Source of the DNA: Candidatus Cloacimonadota bacterium | GTDB taxonomy: Bacteria; Cloacimonadota; Cloacimonadia; JGIOTU-2 | Direction of reading: 5' to 3' | DNA length: 64,000 nt | NCBI GenBank assembly: GCA_049903315.1 | Contig: JBNGBT010000001.1 | Span: forward strand, 261,497 to 325,496 | In this document: piece after piece, positions 55,941 to 64,000 of the stretch | Numbering within the stretch: the first letter of the stretch is position 1 | Layout of the letters: the number at the start of each line of letters is the position of its first letter | Notes under the pieces: generated by a model | The model's database searches: none | Told to the model about the DNA's origin: nothing | Seen by the model: only the letters and a program-made list of their open reading frames with translations | Position numbers and translations under genes: made by a program

Positions 55941-58916
55941 TTATTTCAAAGGTGCTGAAATGACGATAGGAACAGATTTACTCTTTATATCACCATTATC
56001 GGGATTAACAACTTCCAGGTTACAAATATACAGTCCGGGAGGAAGGGTGTTCCAATTGTCATCTTTACCGTCCCATTCAAATGTGTGCATACCTGTAGAC
56101 ATTTCGTTCGTGAATGTGTTCACGAGCACACCCTCACTATTATATAATCGTAAGACAAGCTTATCTCCTGTACGAGAATGGAACTGGATCTGGAAGGTTT
56201 CTCCAAGTGTGGGGCAGAATGTATAATGGGGGACTTTCAGAATTGCAGAGAAATCAGTTATACCATAATCGTATTCATAGACCTCATCAGGTGCATCTTC
56301 AGGGAAGTAGAGCATATTCTGTTCTGCATCTTCCGCAGCAATATAGAAAAATACTACTGTTCCTGCGTCCTGTCCGGGTAGTTCGACTTCCCAGGAGTAA
56401 TCCTTTGCCGGACTCATCGCCACCTGGCTGAAGGGATTTTGACGTACAGTGTTCCAATAAAGAATAGGATTTTGTAGAGAATCTGTAAATGTAAGCGTAA
56501 TTGTGACTGCTTCACCTGGAGCAGGATCAAGGTTGGATATCACAACATTACCCCCAACACCTCCGCCGTGCGAACCAAGGTATTCAAAAGTATCAATTGG
56601 ATATACGATCCATTCGGAGTTGCCTTCATCGGTACCAGCGGCTTCAGTCCAGTTTGTATTTCCATTTTCAACAGCAATTTTTCTTACAAGCGTATGATTT
56701 TGAGTTGCAGCTGTGACGCCGGCAACATTCCAGCCAGTGCCGGGATCATCAGTAGGAATTCCAATCACATCTGTAAGAGTCCATGTGGCACCGCCATCAG
56801 TCGTCATTTCTATTCCACGAGCATCATTTCCTGTAAAGTGTGCAACGCTGGGATAAGCAAGTGCTTCATCCGCAACACCAAGGATCGTCTGCGCTGCTTC
56901 ATCTGCACAGATCACCCATACATCACCGGATGCAAGAGTTGCACCAGTCGGAAAACTATGCCAGTATTGCCAGCCATTTCCATTTACGGATTGGGCAATG
57001 CGGTAGTTATCAAGATAAAGAGTTTGGGATGATGCATTGTATAGCTCAAGAGCTTTATTATTACTCGAGCCTTCTATATATTCGGAAAATATGAGAATCC
57101 CTTCTGTAGGACCTTCTTCATAACCGGTAAAACCTATTGTACTGTTTGGTAATATTACATTGCCGGCAAGGTCTTCAACATTGTTTACAGTAACTGTGTA
57201 GGCATAGCCGCCGGCCTGAGCTGTTGTAATAAGTTCTACGGTTTTGCCAAGCGATTGAAGTATTGCAGCAGTAACCGTCAGGTTTCCGATAGAATAGTTT
57301 GCAATAGTATGTGCAGTAGTTTGATCAACCTGCTCATCAAATGTTACTTCGACCGCAGTTGCTGAAGTTGCATAGGCACTTGCCAAAGTGGGTGGAGTGG
57401 TATCATTCTCACCATGTGCGCCAAGATATTCAAATGTATCGACTGGATAAACGATCCATTGTGAATTCTCAGCAGCTGTGCCAGCAGAAGTTGCCCAGTT
57501 CGCAGTACCTTCAGTAATTGAGGATTTACGAACAAGTGTATGATCATAAGTCGCAGCAGGAGTACCAGCAACATCCCAACCTGTACCGGGATCTTCATCT
57601 GGATTTCCTATAATATCAATGAGGGTCCACGTCGTGCCGCCATCAGTGGTTTTTTCAAGACCACGAGCATCGTCACCGTTGTGGTGGACTACACTTGGAT
57701 AGGAAAGTAATTCGTCTGCGACGGCTTGTAACTGAGCATCAGCTTCATCTGTGGTGATAACCCATACCTCACCGTCTACAAGGGTTGAGCCAGCAGGAAA
57801 TTCATGCCAGTAAGCCCAGCCGTTACCATTTACAGCCTGTGCTATCCTGTAATTAGTTAAATCTACAGTTGCACCAGAGCCGTTATAGATTTCAAGAGCT
57901 TTATTCTGTGATGTTCCTTCAATGTATTCAGAGAAGAAAAGATCAGGTCCACTTCCGGGAGTATAGCCGGTAAAATTCACTGTGCTGTTCGGCACTATGA
58001 CATTGCCATTCAGATCCTCTACATTATTGACCGTGATAGTATATGCAGTACCTGATTCCTGAGATCCTGTTGTTAGAATTACATGATTATTATTTTGTAG
58101 TGTTGCATCAGAAATTGTAAGAGCTGGTGAAATTACATAGTTGGACATAGTCTCTGCAGTGGTTTGGTCTAATCCTTCACTGAAGATTATACCCACAGTT
58201 GTTTCGTTTGATGCATTGGCAGAATTTATTGTAGGCGGAGTTGTATCTCCTCCGGATGTGGCAAAATCGTCCGCATCCCGCGGATTAATTCCATATTCAT
58301 CATAACTGTAATCAACTGCGCCTGTAATAGATGCAAAGGTGTCACCCACTGATGGACTGTCATACGTGTAAATCGCATCATCAATCTGACAGTTTCCAGA
58401 TCCATCATTGACATACCATTCTCCATAAGTGCTTGGACCCTGCGTTACTGTTACATCAGAAATTTTGACCAAACATCCTTCGTATGGTTCTCCGGTTGAG
58501 GGTGCCATAAGATCGCCTGTTGCTACGGATATGGCTGCAGGAATCGGGTTGCCAGTACTGAGTACGGACACATCTGTTAGATTCCCGATTTCTGTAAGTC
58601 CGAAGTATTCCTGCACTTCTCCTGTCACTTCGACCTCATCACCCTGGGATACAGAGTAGTCATAGCTAAAGACAAAAACACCATTCCATGCGCCGCCGGC
58701 TGGATCAGATACGAAAAATCTATTACTGTTGCCTGATGAGTAATAGCCCGTAGCTGTGACAATGCCTGTGAAGGTTACAGTCTGTCCAACGAGGAGTGAA
58801 GGATAGGTGCCGTCTCCAGCAATAGTTGTGTATTGTATGTCGTAGATCGTTGTTCCAATTAGCAGCGAGGTGGACATGCATACTACTAAAAATATAAGCG
58901 AAAATTTACTTTTCAT
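55941..58916 (-). CDS. large T9SS cargo protein with tandem Ig-like + lamin-tail-domain (LTD) modules
   Basis: Start at the ATG at 58916 (RBS ggaga) gives the signal peptide MKSKFSLIFLVVCMSTSLLIG. Two ~280-aa repeats each hold 'TTPPT...' plus an LTD ('FSEYIEG(T/S)S(Q/N)NKALE(I/L)YN...NYRIAQ(A/S)VNGNGW.YWH.FP'). The C-terminal domain is '...LRLYNSEGVLV...GLYICNL'. Confidence 0.7.
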   Translation of the reverse strand: MKSKFSLIFLVVCMSTSLLIGTTIYDIQYTTIAGDGTYPSLLVGQTVTFTGIVTATGYYSSGNSNRFFVSDPAGGAWNGVFVFSYDYSVSQGDEVEVTGEVQEYFGLTEIGNLTDVSVLSTGNPIPAAISVATGDLMAPSTGEPYEGCLVKISDVTVTQGPSTYGEWYVNDGSGNCQIDDAIYTYDSPSVGDTFASITGAVDYSYDEYGINPRDADDFATSGGDTTPPTINSANASNETTVGIIFSEGLDQTTAETMSNYVISPALTISDATLQNNNHVILTTGSQESGTAYTITVNNVEDLNGNVIVPNSTVNFTGYTPGSGPDLFFSEYIEGTSQNKALEIYNGSGATVDLTNYRIAQAVNGNGWAYWHEFPAGSTLVDGEVWVITTDEADAQLQAVADELLSYPSVVHHNGDDARGLEKTTDGGTTWTLIDIIGNPDEDPGTGWDVAGTPAATYDHTLVRKSSITEGTANWATSAGTAAENSQWIVYPVDTFEYLGAHGENDTTPPTLASAYATSATAVEVTFDEQVDQTTAHTIANYSIGNLTVTAAILQSLGKTVELITTAQAGGYAYTVTVNNVEDLAGNVILPNSTIGFTGYEEGPTEGILIFSEYIEGSSNNKALELYNASSQTLYLDNYRIAQSVNGNGWQYWHSFPTGATLASGDVWVICADEAAQTILGVADEALAYPSVAHFTGNDARGIEMTTDGGATWTLTDVIGIPTDDPGTGWNVAGVTAATQNHTLVRKIAVENGNTNWTEAAGTDEGNSEWIVYPIDTFEYLGSHGGGVGGNVVISNLDPAPGEAVTITLTFTDSLQNPILYWNTVRQNPFSQVAMSPAKDYSWEVELPGQDAGTVVFFYIAAEDAEQNMLYFPEDAPDEVYEYDYGITDFSAILKVPHYTFCPTLGETFQIQFHSRTGDKLVLRLYNSEGVLVNTFTNEMSTGMHTFEWDGKDDNWNTLPPGLYICNLEVVNPDNGDIKSKSVPIVISAPLK

Positions 58917-59476
58917 TCTTTCTCCAATATTTCTTCTTCTTTCGCAGAATTTTCTACAAAAAGATAATATATAATTAACAGGATAACACCGACAACTATG
59001 CATGAGTCTGCAATGTTGAAGACGTACCATCGGTCAATGTACCATTTGCCTATAGTGAGATTTAAAAAATCAACGTCAAGAAAGTCGGTAACTTTACCTA
59101 AAAATATCCTATCTATAAGATTGCCGAATGCGCCACTCAGGATAAGCGTAAAGCTGAATCTTGGCAGTGAATGCTTATTCTTGATAAATAAATAAATGAT
59201 TACTATTATAGCAATAATATGTAATATTAATAATATTATATTTGTAAGATTTCCTAGTTTGGGATCGATGCCGAAGACAGCACCTTGATTCTCTACAAAA
59301 GTAAGCCGGAAGAAATTTCCCAGTACAGGAATCGAAGTAACATCTGTTTTTGTAAACAGATTTCGGATTGCCATTTTTGAGACCTGATCGAGTGCAAGAA
59401 AAAACAAAAACAGCAATATATATTTTTTATAAGCGGAGTTATTATCTGTGATTATTATTGCTGATCCTTTCCTCAT
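58913..59476 (-). CDS. lspA: lipoprotein signal peptidase II
   Basis: 'VENQGAVFGI' and 'VFNIADSCIVVGVILL' are the LspA catalytic Asp regions. The stop overlaps the downstream ATG (ATGA). Confidence 0.85.
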   Translation of the reverse strand: MRKGSAIIITDNNSAYKKYILLFLFFLALDQVSKMAIRNLFTKTDVTSIPVLGNFFRLTFVENQGAVFGIDPKLGNLTNIILLILHIIAIIVIIYLFIKNKHSLPRFSFTLILSGAFGNLIDRIFLGKVTDFLDVDFLNLTIGKWYIDRWYVFNIADSCIVVGVILLIIYYLFVENSAKEEEILEKE

Positions 59477-59828
59477 TCCTCTTACATTCGATGCAAAGCT
59501 CTGTATAAGGGATTGCTTTCAGACGCTCTGATGAGATATCTTCGCCGCAATAGTTGCAGATTCCATAGGATTTATCATGAATTCGTTTGAGTGCGCTATC
59601 AATATTTTTCAAGTTTTTCAATTCACGATCCAGCATATATGTCTCTTTTTCTCTTTCATTGGAATCAGTTCCAAGGTCAGCTATGTGCGTGGCATATGAG
59701 GAAACATTACCCACTGCTTCACGAATATTTTTGCTCCAGCTTTCATCAATTCCCTCAATGATTTTTACAACTTTCTTTCGTTCACCCATAAGCAGGTCTC
59801 TGAAAAAATCCAACTTTTCGCGTTCCAT
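59442..59828 (-). CDS. DksA/TraR-family C4 zinc-finger protein
   Basis: 'CNYCGEDISSERLKAIPYTELCIECK' is the C-terminal CxxC-n17-CxxC zinc finger. Confidence 0.8.
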   Translation of the reverse strand: MEREKLDFFRDLLMGERKKVVKIIEGIDESWSKNIREAVGNVSSYATHIADLGTDSNEREKETYMLDRELKNLKNIDSALKRIHDKSYGICNYCGEDISSERLKAIPYTELCIECKRNEERISNNNHR

Positions 59829-59837
59829 ACAACTCTC

Positions 59838-60665
59838 CTAACTTACTATTTCCTTAAGAAAATTCTGTAAGAGCACTTTTAATTTTGCCTGTGCTTTTTT
59901 GGCAACCTCTTCGATACTGGTCTGGGCATGTGTGTCAGAATGGAAGAGGTTTGATAAATTTGTTATCGTTGAAATTCCCAATATTTTAAGCCCGAGGTAT
60001 ACGCCAACTATTACTTCGTGCACAGTTGACATGCCGACCATATCACCGCCGATAGTCTTGAGCATCTGGCATTCAGCAGTCGTTTCCAAACTCGGTCCCA
60101 GCAGCCCGACGTACACACCTTCCTTGAAGGGAATTTCATTATCCATGTATACTTTTTTTATGATTTGTAGATATTTTTTGTAATAAGCATCATGCATGCT
60201 GGGAAAACGAGGTCCGAAGCTCGGGTCATTTTCTCCAACAAGAGGGTTCATGCCCGTCAAATTTATATGATCATTCATCACAACCAGGTCTCCAACCTTC
60301 AGATTCTCATTGAGCGAACCAACGGCATTTGTCACGATCAGTGTTTTAATGCCGAGTTCTTTTAAGACGAAAACCGGATATGTTGTTTCCTGCGCAGTGT
60401 ATCCTTCGTAGCAATGAAGCCGACCCTGCATGATGACAATATTTTTGTTATTGAAAGAACCGAAAAGCAATTTCCCTTGATGCGAGGGAGCTGTAGAAGT
60501 TTTGAAATGAGGAATGTCGTGATAGGGTATTTCAAAATCAATATCTATAATATGTATGAGTTCATTAAGACCTGTTCCCAAAATAATAGCAATCTCGGGT
60601 CGCCTTTTATAGCGTAATCGAATAAAATCTACAGATTCGGATATAAGAGAACTAATCTTCTTCAT
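59838..60665 (-). CDS. purine nucleoside phosphorylase (trimeric PNP, family I)
   Basis: 275 aa. 'IAIILGTGL', 'GKLLFG', 'VMQGRLHCYEG' and 'VGMSTVHEV' are characteristic of PunA-type PNP. Confidence 0.85.
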   Translation of the reverse strand: MKKISSLISESVDFIRLRYKRRPEIAIILGTGLNELIHIIDIDFEIPYHDIPHFKTSTAPSHQGKLLFGSFNNKNIVIMQGRLHCYEGYTAQETTYPVFVLKELGIKTLIVTNAVGSLNENLKVGDLVVMNDHINLTGMNPLVGENDPSFGPRFPSMHDAYYKKYLQIIKKVYMDNEIPFKEGVYVGLLGPSLETTAECQMLKTIGGDMVGMSTVHEVIVGVYLGLKILGISTITNLSNLFHSDTHAQTSIEEVAKKAQAKLKVLLQNFLKEIVS

Positions 60666-61338
60666 GTTTTCCTAAATTAAAACTGATTTTCGGTTTAGTT
60701 TTTGGTTCTTGTGTTTCAATGTCCTCTGCAGGTTTTTCGAGAATATCTTCTTCTTTTTCCTGTGGAGCAATTTCTTCTTTTTTCTCAATTATTGGAGGTA
60801 ATTCTATTTCTTTTTTAAAATCATGAGTTCTGAAGTCCGGTGGAGTGATGATCGGATTATCTTTTTTCTTCGCATCATCTTTATCTTTTTCAAATTCCTT
60901 TTGAATGAGTTCGAGCATAGTATTTATCTGAGATTTAAATGTAAGCAGGAAGGTTTTTTTCTTATCCTTCAAGTTCACATAATCATGCTCCAGAATGCTC
61001 AGATAATCTTTTGCTTTTTTGACACGTTCCCGAGACGATAACTCGGCATCTTTTATAATATTCTTTGCTTCTTTATCAGCGCTTTTAAGTGTATCTTCTT
61101 TGAGTTTTTCTGCAAGAATAAGTGTACGTTTGAGCAGGTCTTTTTGCTCCTCAATATTTTCGAGTTTTTGATCTCTATCTTCGATCTCTTTTTGAAGAGC
61201 TTTTATTTTTCTTTCCAATCCTTCGATCTGATCTGCGAGCATTTCCAGGAAAGCTTCTACTTCGGGTTTATTGAAACCGCTGAAGGATTTTGTGAATTCT
61301 TTACCTCTGATCTCCGAAGGGGATATAGTATGTTGCAT
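60652..61338 (-). CDS. DivIVA-domain cell-division protein
   Basis: 'ISPSEIRGKEFTKSFSGFNKPEVEAFLEMLADQIEGL' is the DivIVA N-terminal domain. The rest is coiled-coil. Confidence 0.8.
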   Translation of the reverse strand: MQHTISPSEIRGKEFTKSFSGFNKPEVEAFLEMLADQIEGLERKIKALQKEIEDRDQKLENIEEQKDLLKRTLILAEKLKEDTLKSADKEAKNIIKDAELSSRERVKKAKDYLSILEHDYVNLKDKKKTFLLTFKSQINTMLELIQKEFEKDKDDAKKKDNPIITPPDFRTHDFKKEIELPPIIEKKEEIAPQEKEEDILEKPAEDIETQEPKTKPKISFNLGKHEED

Positions 61339-61347
61339 TGTCCCTCG

Positions 61348-61611
61348 CTAATATATTGTTAATCTGATTAACAGACTTCGTACTAATTCCAAGAGAAGAA
61401 TTACTACGATTGGTGAGATGTCGAAATTTTGTGAAGGGATGATGTTCCGAACGATCTTGCGTGCCGGTCCGAGAACCGGTTCTGTCACCTGCACGAGAAA
61501 TTGTATAAATGGATTTGCATAATTTGGATTGAACCACGACATGACTGCCCGAATGATAATGAGCCAGATGTAGATCATTATAACAAAATCAATAATGCGG
61601 ATGAGGGTCAT
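61348..61611 (-). CDS. YggT-family membrane protein
   Basis: 'IIDFVIMIYIWLIIIRAVMSWF' is the YggT motif. Start taken at the ATG at 61611, which forms an ATGA overlap with the tdk stop. Confidence 0.7.
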   Translation of the reverse strand: MTLIRIIDFVIMIYIWLIIIRAVMSWFNPNYANPFIQFLVQVTEPVLGPARKIVRNIIPSQNFDISPIVVILLLELVRSLLIRLTIY

Positions 61612-62177
61612 TTCGTTTCCTTTGGCGATTGAAAGCATCTTCTGCATCGCGCTTCATATATGTCTTTTTCTCCAACGAGAATCTCTTCATCGTTATCTAC
61701 AAGACGCTGGGTGCGGTTTGCCGGATTGCCGCACTGCATACATATCGCAAGTGTTTTTGTGATGTATTCTGCGGTTGCAAGAAGTTCGGGTATTGGATGG
61801 AATGGTTTGCCGCGATAGTCCTGATCGAGTCCGGCAACGACAACCCTTTTTCCTTCATTTGCAAGCTTCTGGCATACTTCGACAAGTCCTTCGTCAAAGA
61901 ATTGAGCTTCATCGATGCCCACGACTTCAGTCTCTTTTTTGACCTGCTCATAAAGCTGCTGGGAATTATCGACCTGTTTGGAGTTAAGCTTTGATTTATT
62001 GTGTGAGACAATATATTGATGATGGTACCTGTTATCTATAGTTGGTTTAAATATTTGAAAGGGATGTTTAGCGATTTCGACACGTCGCATCCTGCGGATA
62101 AGCTCTTCGGTTTTGCCGCTGAACATGCTTCCGCAGATAACTTCTATCCAACCAGTTTGACCTTTAACAATATTCAT
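61608..62177 (-). CDS. tdk: thymidine kinase
   Basis: The P-loop is 'ICGSMFSGKTEEL'. The C-terminal zinc ribbon is 'CMQCG...CRRC'. Confidence 0.9.
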   Translation of the reverse strand: MNIVKGQTGWIEVICGSMFSGKTEELIRRMRRVEIAKHPFQIFKPTIDNRYHHQYIVSHNKSKLNSKQVDNSQQLYEQVKKETEVVGIDEAQFFDEGLVEVCQKLANEGKRVVVAGLDQDYRGKPFHPIPELLATAEYITKTLAICMQCGNPANRTQRLVDNDEEILVGEKDIYEARCRRCFQSPKETK

Positions 62178-62506
62178 ATGCTACTCCACGTTTGCGTAAT
62201 TTGGAAGCGTGGTTTTTTATGTCAAATTTTATGATGATTGGAGAATTTCACATTGGCACGCAGATTTGGTTTATGAAAAATTTGAAGCATCGTTCGGAAG
62301 AATTATTTAGAAAGTCTTTAATATAAAATGTATACATCTATTAAGCGTGATAACCAATCATTTATATTAACCAAATTAAATTTGACAAAAATATACTCTG
62401 AATCAAAAGAAAATGTGGAGTAACCATGAATCAAAAAAATTGTTTGTGCGGAGTGTGTTTTTATAGAAATGAAATTGCTATCGATTTTTATTAATAGGGA
62501 AGCGAT

Positions 62507-64000
62507 ATGAGAAGAATAGTATTTTTAGGATTGATAATTTTCTTTGCTTTAGCAAATTTGTTATCTGCGAATGACAAGTACCTCACCTATACCCAAACCT
62601 TTCCCTGGATAGGACCCGAAGGCGAAGACCCGGAGGTTGTCTTTGCAGATTTAATTGAGCAGGATAGACTCATATCTGTTCTTCATTATGAAAGTCGGTT
62701 TTGGTATGACTGTTACAAATGGCATAACGATATTGGAAAAATTAGAAATGATTGTTTATACAAAATAAAAGTGTCCTGTTGTGTTTCGAATAATTATAAA
62801 AAACATGTTGTCCACACCCCTCCAAATAGAGATCCAACTACGATAATCGTCGATATCAACGGCACAGGTAATTATACTTCAATTCAAGAAGGTATAAACA
62901 ATTCAGTAAATGGTGATACAATATTAGTATATCCCGGAACATACTTCGAGAATATAAACTATAATGGTAAAAACATAACGGTTGCGAGTTTATACATTAC
63001 GACACAAACAGACTCTTTTATTCATAAAACAATAATTGACGGTAACCAAAATGGGAGTGTGGTTACGTTTGAAAGCGGCGAAGATACAGCTGCTGTTCTT
63101 TGTGGGTTTACTATTCAAAATGGAAGTGGAACTGAACAAGGTAATTTTATCGTAGGGGGGGGGATCTTTTGTATTAATTCGCAATCCACAATAAGTAATT
63201 GTAGGATTAGAAATAATCTGAGTCAATTCGGGGGAGGAATTTGTTTATATAACACCTTTATTAATATTAGTGATGTTGATATATTTGATAATCATGCAAT
63301 ATCATGGGCAGGCGGGATAGGTTTTTATAACTCTTTCGCTCTTTTTGATCCTATTAACCGATGTGATATATATTTAAATTATTCAGGGAATGGTTCGGAT
63401 TTAAGAGCTTTTGTTAATACAACTTCTGTGTCTGTATTTGTTGATACTTTTACGGTAAGTAAACCAACAGACTATTATGTGTCTCCCTTAGATCAATTCA
63501 CAATTGATATTAAGAATTGCAAGGTTAACATTGTAGATAGTGATTTATACGTGAGTCCATCAGGAGACGATGCAAATAGTGGTTTTTCACAAACTGATCC
63601 TTTGAAAACACTATCCTATGCGATGACAAAGATTAGTTCCGACAGCACGAGCTGTAATAGGATATATTTATCGAATGGAACGTATTCGCCCTTCACGAAT
63701 GGAGACATATTTCCGATTAATTGTAAAGATTATGTTTCTCTTCAAGGGGAGAACAAGGATCAAACGATTCTTGATGGGAATAGTGAATATTATTTATTGT
63801 ATTCATACGAAGACGGCGATTATTCAATAAGAGATATTACATTTCAAAATGGCTTTAATGATATAACAGGGGGAGGTATAAGTATCCACTATGGTCATAA
63901 TATTTTGGTAGAGAATGTAAATTTGCTCTCTAATAGAGCTGACATAGGCGGAGGGGGATTAAATATATTTGAGTCACAAGGAATATTCAAGAACTTAACA
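62507..64000 (+). CDS. 3'-partial secreted beta-helix protein, paralog of 18360..20849
   Basis: ATG at 62507 (RBS aggga) gives the signal peptide MRRIVFLGLIIFFALANLLSA. The N-terminal ~200 aa ('DKYLTYTQTFPWIGPEGEDPEVVFADLIEQ...GNYTSIQEGINNSVNGDTILVYPGTYFENINYNGKNITVASLYI') are nearly identical to the 18360 protein. No stop appears in the portion of the frame checked; the protein runs off the window edge and is missing from the ORF track. Confidence 0.7.
   Translation, partial: MRRIVFLGLIIFFALANLLSANDKYLTYTQTFPWIGPEGEDPEVVFADLIEQDRLISVLHYESRFWYDCYKWHNDIGKIRNDCLYKIKVSCCVSNNYKKHVVHTPPNRDPTTIIVDINGTGNYTSIQEGINNSVNGDTILVYPGTYFENINYNGKNITVASLYITTQTDSFIHKTIIDGNQNGSVVTFESGEDTAAVLCGFTIQNGSGTEQGNFIVGGGIFCINSQSTISNCRIRNNLSQFGGGICLYNTFINISDVDIFDNHAISWAGGIGFYNSFALFDPINRCDIYLNYSGNGSDLRAFVNTTSVSVFVDTFTVSKPTDYYVSPLDQFTIDIKNCKVNIVDSDLYVSPSGDDANSGFSQTDPLKTLSYAMTKISSDSTSCNRIYLSNGTYSPFTNGDIFPINCKDYVSLQGENKDQTILDGNSEYYLLYSYEDGDYSIRDITFQNGFNDITGGGISIHYGHNILVENVNLLSNRADIGGGGLNIFESQGIFKNLT

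Noticed and set aside
1-64000. Search for a transposase, integrase, tRNA/rRNA, or phage structural genes that would mark an island
   Set aside because: I recognised none. The only mobile-element-like signal is the GIY-YIG/repeat cassette, and the six-gene unknown operon has no flanking integrase or tRNA.

Overview
This 64-kb window is low-GC and densely coding (about 57 protein genes). I found no rRNA, tRNA, CRISPR or transposase genes. It looks like chromosome from an FCB-group bacterium with a type IX secretion system (T9SS): at least seven large secreted proteins end in the Por/T9SS C-terminal sorting domain. A Cloacimonadota-like affiliation is only a guess from composition and gene content.

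Main blocks, in order:
- 2-10.3 kb: an alpha-glucan (starch/glycogen) locus. It holds a carbohydrate-binding-module-rich T9SS protein, two paralogous fibronectin-like T9SS proteins, a GH57-like T9SS enzyme and MalQ. A small GIY-YIG nuclease gene bracketed by two copies of a ~120-bp structured repeat is inserted in it.
- 10.4-18.1 kb: mfd followed by three tandem SurA/PpiD-type periplasmic chaperone paralogs.
- 18.4-25.5 kb: a beta-helix T9SS protein (with a paralog at the right window edge), an MliC-like lipoprotein, a DUF3795 protein, MscS, an outer-membrane protein, and a PDZ-containing alpha/beta hydrolase.
- 25.5-31.7 kb: a 2085-aa single-chain AddA-AddB-like helicase-nuclease.
- 32-42 kb: a CDF transporter, TsaA, a PEBP protein, a tight operon of six uncharacterised genes, and an EFR1 ferredoxin / ZIP / thioesterase / hydrolase block.
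- 42.6-50.6 kb: housekeeping genes (cdd, rlmH, IMPDH/GMP-reductase family, ptb, M48 peptidase with TerB-like domains, 5'-nucleotidase).
- 50.6-59 kb: a T9SS-type outer-membrane cluster. It has a PorV-like barrel, an 867-aa helix-hairpin-helix (HhH)-bearing outer-membrane protein, a PorQ-like barrel and a lamin-tail-domain (LTD)-repeat cargo protein.
- 59-62.2 kb: lspA, traR/dksA, a purine nucleoside phosphorylase, divIVA, yggT and tdk.

The most unusual items are the GIY-YIG/repeat cassette, the fused AddAB, the six-gene unknown operon and the HhH outer-membrane protein.
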